A model generated the notes under the pieces. The model was given only the letters and a program-made list of their open reading frames with translations, ran no database searches and was not told where the DNA came from. Shown here one piece after another: positions 54,675 through 57,973 of a stretch of DNA of 57,973 nt. The stretch comes from a virus (Duplodnaviria; Caudoviricetes): IMG/VR virus record IMGVR_UViG_3300032086_002841, positions 1 through 57,973 of that record. One strand, given 5' to 3'. Each line of letters opens with the position of its first letter. The first letter of the stretch is position 1. Made by a program: the position numbers and the translations under genes.

Positions 54675-54748
54675 CATCAGTAGTTCAACGAAAGGCTTTT
54701 TCTTTGAACATCTTACTATGGACTACCATAGATGAATACTACTTAATT

Positions 54749-54943
54749 CTACTTCTCTTCAAATTTTTTGCAAATAGATAAATATAAATTTACAAGATCA
54801 TCTGCATCTTGGACCAGGTTGATTCCTTTGATCCTCATGTAGTTGAATTGCTTTAGTACTACTTCTTTTAAATCAGCATCACTAATTAGTTCATCTATAG
54901 CATCTTCTCTTTTAGTTCCTGGAGGAAAGTTAAAATCTGCCAT
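54749..54943 (-). CDS. Hypothetical protein
   Basis: TAATG-coupled to the upstream ORF. Confidence 0.65.
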   Translation of the reverse strand: MADFNFPPGTKREDAIDELISDADLKEVVLKQFNYMRIKGINLVQDADDLVNLYLSICKKFEEK

Positions 54944-55107
54944 TATATTGTCCCTTCTGGCTTTATGCCTGTTATGTCTTCACCTTCTATAGCCTCAACA
55001 TGAGGAATATAGAAATGTAAATCATCTTCTAAATTTTTATAAAAGTCACTAATTGCATCATCATCATTTTCTGCATCAATATAAAAAATAATTTTGTATT
55101 CTTTCAT
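54943..55107 (-). CDS. 54-aa acidic hypothetical protein
   Basis: MKEYKIIFYIDAENDDDAISDFY... Confidence 0.55.
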   Translation of the reverse strand: MKEYKIIFYIDAENDDDAISDFYKNLEDDLHFYIPHVEAIEGEDITGIKPEGTI

Positions 55108-55116
55108 AAGAACATA

Positions 55117-55341
55117 TTAGTCTTCAAAATACTGATCGTACAGTTTTAGATCTTCAATTTCTTCAACAGTTGAATAAGATGACACATCTAAATAATATTT
55201 AATTTTGTGTTGTTTTATCAAATCTTTTTGTGAATCTTGTTTAAAATCCCAAATATTTTTAACTATTTCCTTTGCTTGCTCTTCTGTATCACAATCAATA
55301 ATGTAATCTTCAGTAGAATGAAAACTAATCATTATTTTCAT
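55117..55341 (-). CDS. Hypothetical protein
   Basis: Strong AGGAGG SD. Confidence 0.65.
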   Translation of the reverse strand: MKIMISFHSTEDYIIDCDTEEQAKEIVKNIWDFKQDSQKDLIKQHKIKYYLDVSSYSTVEEIEDLKLYDQYFED

Positions 55342-55352
55342 ATTCCCTCCTA

Positions 55353-55431
55353 TATCTATTCTACTCTATTCTATTCTACTCTATTCTACTCTATTCTAGG
55401 GCGTGACAGTCACGAAATGTCACATGTGACA
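55353..55431. repeat. CTA(T/C)T pentamer array plus GTGAC/GTCAC inverted repeats (origin-like)
   Basis: About 8-9 pentamers, then CGTGACAGTCACG and TGTCACATGTGACA palindromes, beside an AT-rich tract. Confidence 0.7.
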
Positions 55432-55544
55432 AAATAGTTTTTACAAAATTTTAAAAGCCTAATTTTATTGAGTTTTTAAAAATTTACTTTTGTAGGTAAA
55501 ATTTGTTACAAATATGTTAAATATATTTTAAAAGCACTTTTTAC

Positions 55545-55558
55545 CGAACAAATGTTCT
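55545..55558. promoter_or_regulatory. LexA (SOS) box-like site CGAAC-AAAT-GTTCT
   Basis: Matches the GAAC-N4-GTTC Actinobacteria/Firmicutes consensus, in a non-coding AT-rich region. Confidence 0.5.
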
Positions 55559-55616
55559 ACTATGGACACTTATGGATTATTTTATAGGATTTTTATTAGG
55601 TTATTTTTTGAAAGAA

Positions 55617-55721
55617 ATGAGTTCTTATCTTAAAAAACTAAGTAAATGGGATAATGAAGTTCGTTCTACTTGGGATCAAGAGTGGGATTTCATCTCATAC
55701 AATGAGGATGACCTACCTTAA
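55617..55721 (+). CDS. 34-aa peptide ending NEDDLP
   Basis: MSSYLKKLSKWDNEVRSTWDQEWDFISYNEDDLP; convergent with the MTase. Confidence 0.4.
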   Translation: MSSYLKKLSKWDNEVRSTWDQEWDFISYNEDDLP

Positions 55722-57311
55722 AAGCTCATTATCAAAAACTACTGTATCTTCTTCTATTGCTCTTTTTAACAATCTACCTACAAGCTCTGCACATTCCGGT
55801 ACAACTGCATTTCCAAGAGCTTTTAATCTAGCTACACGATCTGGATATTCCTCAAGTGTTCTCGGCATCCCAAATTCCCATGCAGCAAAATCTTTAACTT
55901 GATCTCGCATGTTTCTAAATATTTCTAAAGGTAAAGTTTTTCTGTCACCTGTTTTAGATCCTGTTAGAACTGTGCCATATGTATCTTTGTGATCTCTAGC
56001 TGATGCAGTAGGGAACTTTAGATCATTGTGCCAATCTTCTTCTACTATTGTTGTCATCTCTTCATCAAACTGTAAAGGGATTAGGTAAGGCTTGATCATT
56101 TTCCAATGTTCTATTGTCGGATAACTAAATCCTGAATTGTCATATCGGAACCAATGATCTATTTTTGAACCTGGTATAGTGTCATTAAATCTATTCTTTA
56201 TATCTTTAGCTGATGTGACGGATCTTAAATAATCAACAAATTCTTTTTGAGGAGGTAAGTTTGGTCTGTTTACAATTTTTTCGTCATACTCTTCTAATAG
56301 ATCTGGATTGTCTTTTATTTGTTCCATAGCAACTTCTACTGCTAAAGATACTTGTACCGGCTGTCCTGAAGGTCTTGTGTTTTTACCTTGTATGATTTTG
56401 CTAGCAGTTTTAAGTGCATTTGACTTATCCATAGTTGTTGGAGTTCGCCAGGTGTTTGGATCTTTACTCCAAACATTTTGCATGCCTAATCTAGCCATCC
56501 ATCTGGGAAACCCATAAGACGAGTCACCCATCCATAATTCAGCCTCTTGCCTTGAAATCTCGGATTCTCCCTTAGATTCCCTGTCGATGATCTTTTGGAC
56601 TTCTTCTCCTTGTCCCCCCTGTACAGAACATTCTCCAATGCCTCCCCTGTTCTCGGTGGTAAGTGATCCATCGTGTTCGGAGTTTCCCAATTCGTTACTT
56701 GAACTTTGTCTGCTAGGTTCAATGACCTGTCCTCTCCTCCGTTCTTGGCTATCCTCCTCCCCTTCTCGTTCAGCTCTAAATCTCTGTGTTCGTTGTCCTG
56801 TGTCGAGGGTGTCGGCCAGGCTGCCAACTCCGAAGAATCTTTTTCTAAGGTGTGGCGCACCAACTGATCTTGCTGATACAATAGACCATTCGAAGTTATA
56901 TAACCTGCTTTCGGCAATATCTGTAATAACCCTTTCAAAGGCTTGCCCTTTGTTTGCTGTAAGTAGTCCTGGGACATTTTCCAAGATGAAGTATCGTGGT
57001 CGTAGTACATCAAGAAATCTCCAAACTTCGTCCCATAACCATCTTTCATCGTTTACTCCTTTTCTTTTTCCTGCTGTAGAAACCGGCTGACAAGGAAAAC
57101 CTGCTGTAATTATATCTACCTTAGGTAGTGATTCAGGATCTATTTCCTCGACTTTTTGCTCTAAAATTTGTGTGTTAGGATATCTTTTTCTTAAGACTTG
57201 GCAACAATATGGATCCATTTCTACCATCCAACTTGTTTGATCTACAAGTCCAGATCGTTCAAGGCCATATTCTAAACCACCTATACCTGAGAATAAACTT
57301 CCTACCTTCAC
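55713..57311 (-). CDS. DNA (cytosine-5)-methyltransferase, alpha polypeptide
   Basis: SLFSGIGG (I), GFPCQ (IV), ENVPG (VI), PHLRKRFF (VIII) and LKALGNAVVP (X); no motif IX in this frame. Confidence 0.92.
   Translation of the reverse strand: MKVGSLFSGIGGLEYGLERSGLVDQTSWMVEMDPYCCQVLRKRYPNTQILEQKVEEIDPESLPKVDIITAGFPCQPVSTAGKRKGVNDERWLWDEVWRFLDVLRPRYFILENVPGLLTANKGQAFERVITDIAESRLYNFEWSIVSARSVGAPHLRKRFFGVGSLADTLDTGQRTQRFRAEREGEEDSQERRRGQVIEPSRQSSSNELGNSEHDGSLTTENRGGIGECSVQGGQGEEVQKIIDRESKGESEISRQEAELWMGDSSYGFPRWMARLGMQNVWSKDPNTWRTPTTMDKSNALKTASKIIQGKNTRPSGQPVQVSLAVEVAMEQIKDNPDLLEEYDEKIVNRPNLPPQKEFVDYLRSVTSAKDIKNRFNDTIPGSKIDHWFRYDNSGFSYPTIEHWKMIKPYLIPLQFDEEMTTIVEEDWHNDLKFPTASARDHKDTYGTVLTGSKTGDRKTLPLEIFRNMRDQVKDFAAWEFGMPRTLEEYPDRVARLKALGNAVVPECAELVGRLLKRAIEEDTVVFDNELLR
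56486..57049 (-). CDS. Nested alternative-frame MTase beta polypeptide (start uncertain)
   Basis: The +1 frame carries WPTP/WETP repeats and the motif IX-like RLNYGWVTRLMGFPDGW. Confidence 0.75.
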   Translation of the reverse strand: MKDGYGTKFGDFLMYYDHDTSSWKMSQDYLQQTKGKPLKGLLQILPKAGYITSNGLLYQQDQLVRHTLEKDSSELAAWPTPSTQDNEHRDLELNEKGRRIAKNGGEDRSLNLADKVQVTNWETPNTMDHLPPRTGEALENVLYRGDKEKKSKRSSTGNLRENPRFQGKRLNYGWVTRLMGFPDGWLD

Positions 57312-57429
57312 GAAATTAGTATAACAATTACTTTGCTTATATACCAGGATATGATATATTTATATCACATATCGGAAATCGAAAAATATTGGCTATCGCC
57401 AATTCTTTTATTTCCTTCATGTCTGTACT

Positions 57430-57458
57430 AAACAAGCCCTCTTCGGAGGGTTTTGTTT
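57430..57458. terminator. Hairpin terminator (UUCG loop)
   Basis: AAACAAGCCCTC-ttcg-GAGGGTTTTGTTT, directly after the terS stop. Confidence 0.8.
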
Positions 57459-57973
57459 TATGAGCTGTACTTTATATTGAAGGTGATCGCTTTTTTCTTA
57501 GATCCTTCGATCTCTTCAGCAGATCGTTTTCCCCATTCTTTAGGGTTTGATCGTTCTAAGAACCATGCACTTGCTTGCCAAACACCATTGTTTGCTGCAT
57601 CTGTGATAACTGCAAGGTGAGAAATTTCTCCCTCGACTCTCGCCTTTTTTATAGACTCCCAAAACTCCCATAATTCCAAATCATCGGCATCTTTTATACG
57701 ATCTGGGTTGCCGTTACAAGCATCATCTATCTCAAAAGCGCGTTGTCGCCACCTATAAAAGGTAGTTTCGCTAATTCCTGCATAAACTGCTGCCTTTTTT
57801 TGAGATAAGCCAATCTTTAATGCTTGTGACAATTTCTTCCTGGTTGGATCATCAAGTTTAGAAGGTCTACCTCCCAAACTGTTTGCCTCTCCTACTACTA
57901 TACTTTCGTAGGTAGATTCATCATCCACATCGCTTTGTAGTTGATCTATTGGATCTTCTGATTCAGGCTTTGT
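57458..57973 (-). CDS. terS: Terminase small subunit / HTH DNA-packaging protein, 5'-truncated at the contig end
   Basis: GRPSKLD, AAVYAGISETTFYRW and WQASAWFLER..P.EWG; the frame is open to the end of the window. Confidence 0.75.
   Translation of the reverse strand, partial: TKPESEDPIDQLQSDVDDESTYESIVVGEANSLGGRPSKLDDPTRKKLSQALKIGLSQKKAAVYAGISETTFYRWRQRAFEIDDACNGNPDRIKDADDLELWEFWESIKKARVEGEISHLAVITDAANNGVWQASAWFLERSNPKEWGKRSAEEIEGSKKKAITFNIKYSS
57883..57973 (-). repeat. Terminal inverted repeat, right copy
   Basis: Reverse complement of 1-91. Confidence 0.95.

Noticed and set aside
54540-54745. tRNA or tmRNA gene
   Set aside because: Hairpins are present, but there is no cloverleaf, T-loop GTTCRA in context or acceptor stem.
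55353-55431. TAG stop-codon reassignment suggested by the RIE*NRIE* reading
   Set aside because: All long genes are intact in the standard code and several end in TAG.
56587-57090. Third, plus-strand ORF over the methyltransferase
   Set aside because: Ser/Pro/Leu-rich antisense reading of a dual-coding, higher-GC segment, with no recognisable motif.
1-57973. Complete linear genome with true ITRs (protein-primed type)
   Set aside because: No protein-primed polymerase or terminal protein; packaging genes are HK97-type; the repeat is a piece of a truncated ORF.

Overview
AT-rich, gene-dense tailed-phage (siphovirus-like) contig, coded almost entirely on the minus strand. From right to left it carries: a terminase small subunit running off the contig end; a C5 DNA methyltransferase with a nested second reading frame; a regulatory stretch with an origin-like element, a LexA-like box and candidate small RNAs; thioredoxin; terminase large subunit; a greatly extended portal; HK97 prohead protease and major capsid; WhiB; head-tail and tail genes with a -1 frameshifting tail chaperone and tape measure; very large repeat-rich fibre proteins; a cluster of 2OG-Fe(II) oxygenases, CP-motif jelly-roll proteins, an FkbM-like protein and a ferredoxin; a metallophosphoesterase; a DUF5675 + peptidoglycan-binding lysin candidate with holin; a thermonuclease; membrane proteins; a GT60-type GlcNAc transferase; and an AIPR-family gene. 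WhiB, the ferredoxin type, leaderless promoters and the GAAC-N4-GTTC box point to a low-GC aquatic actinobacterial host (Acidimicrobiia/Actinomarina-like; inference). No replication, integrase or tRNA genes were seen, and the 91-bp terminal inverted repeat lies inside the terS ORF, so the contig is probably incomplete and its left end chimeric. Best leads: (i) a possible phage hydroxylation + O-GlcNAc modification system for virion proteins, next to a Pro/Asn/Tyr/His repeat protein; (ii) a two-frame methyltransferase with target-recognition-like repeats in both frames; (iii) two unlinked paralogous Cys micropeptides, ECCxSNCxCGxN, each coupled to a membrane gene; (iv) a non-canonical promoter class CCTWAA-N17-TANNNT found five times; (v) an anti-Shine-Dalgarno small RNA and a three-way-junction leader RNA. 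All family calls come from motif recognition by eye; no searches were run.
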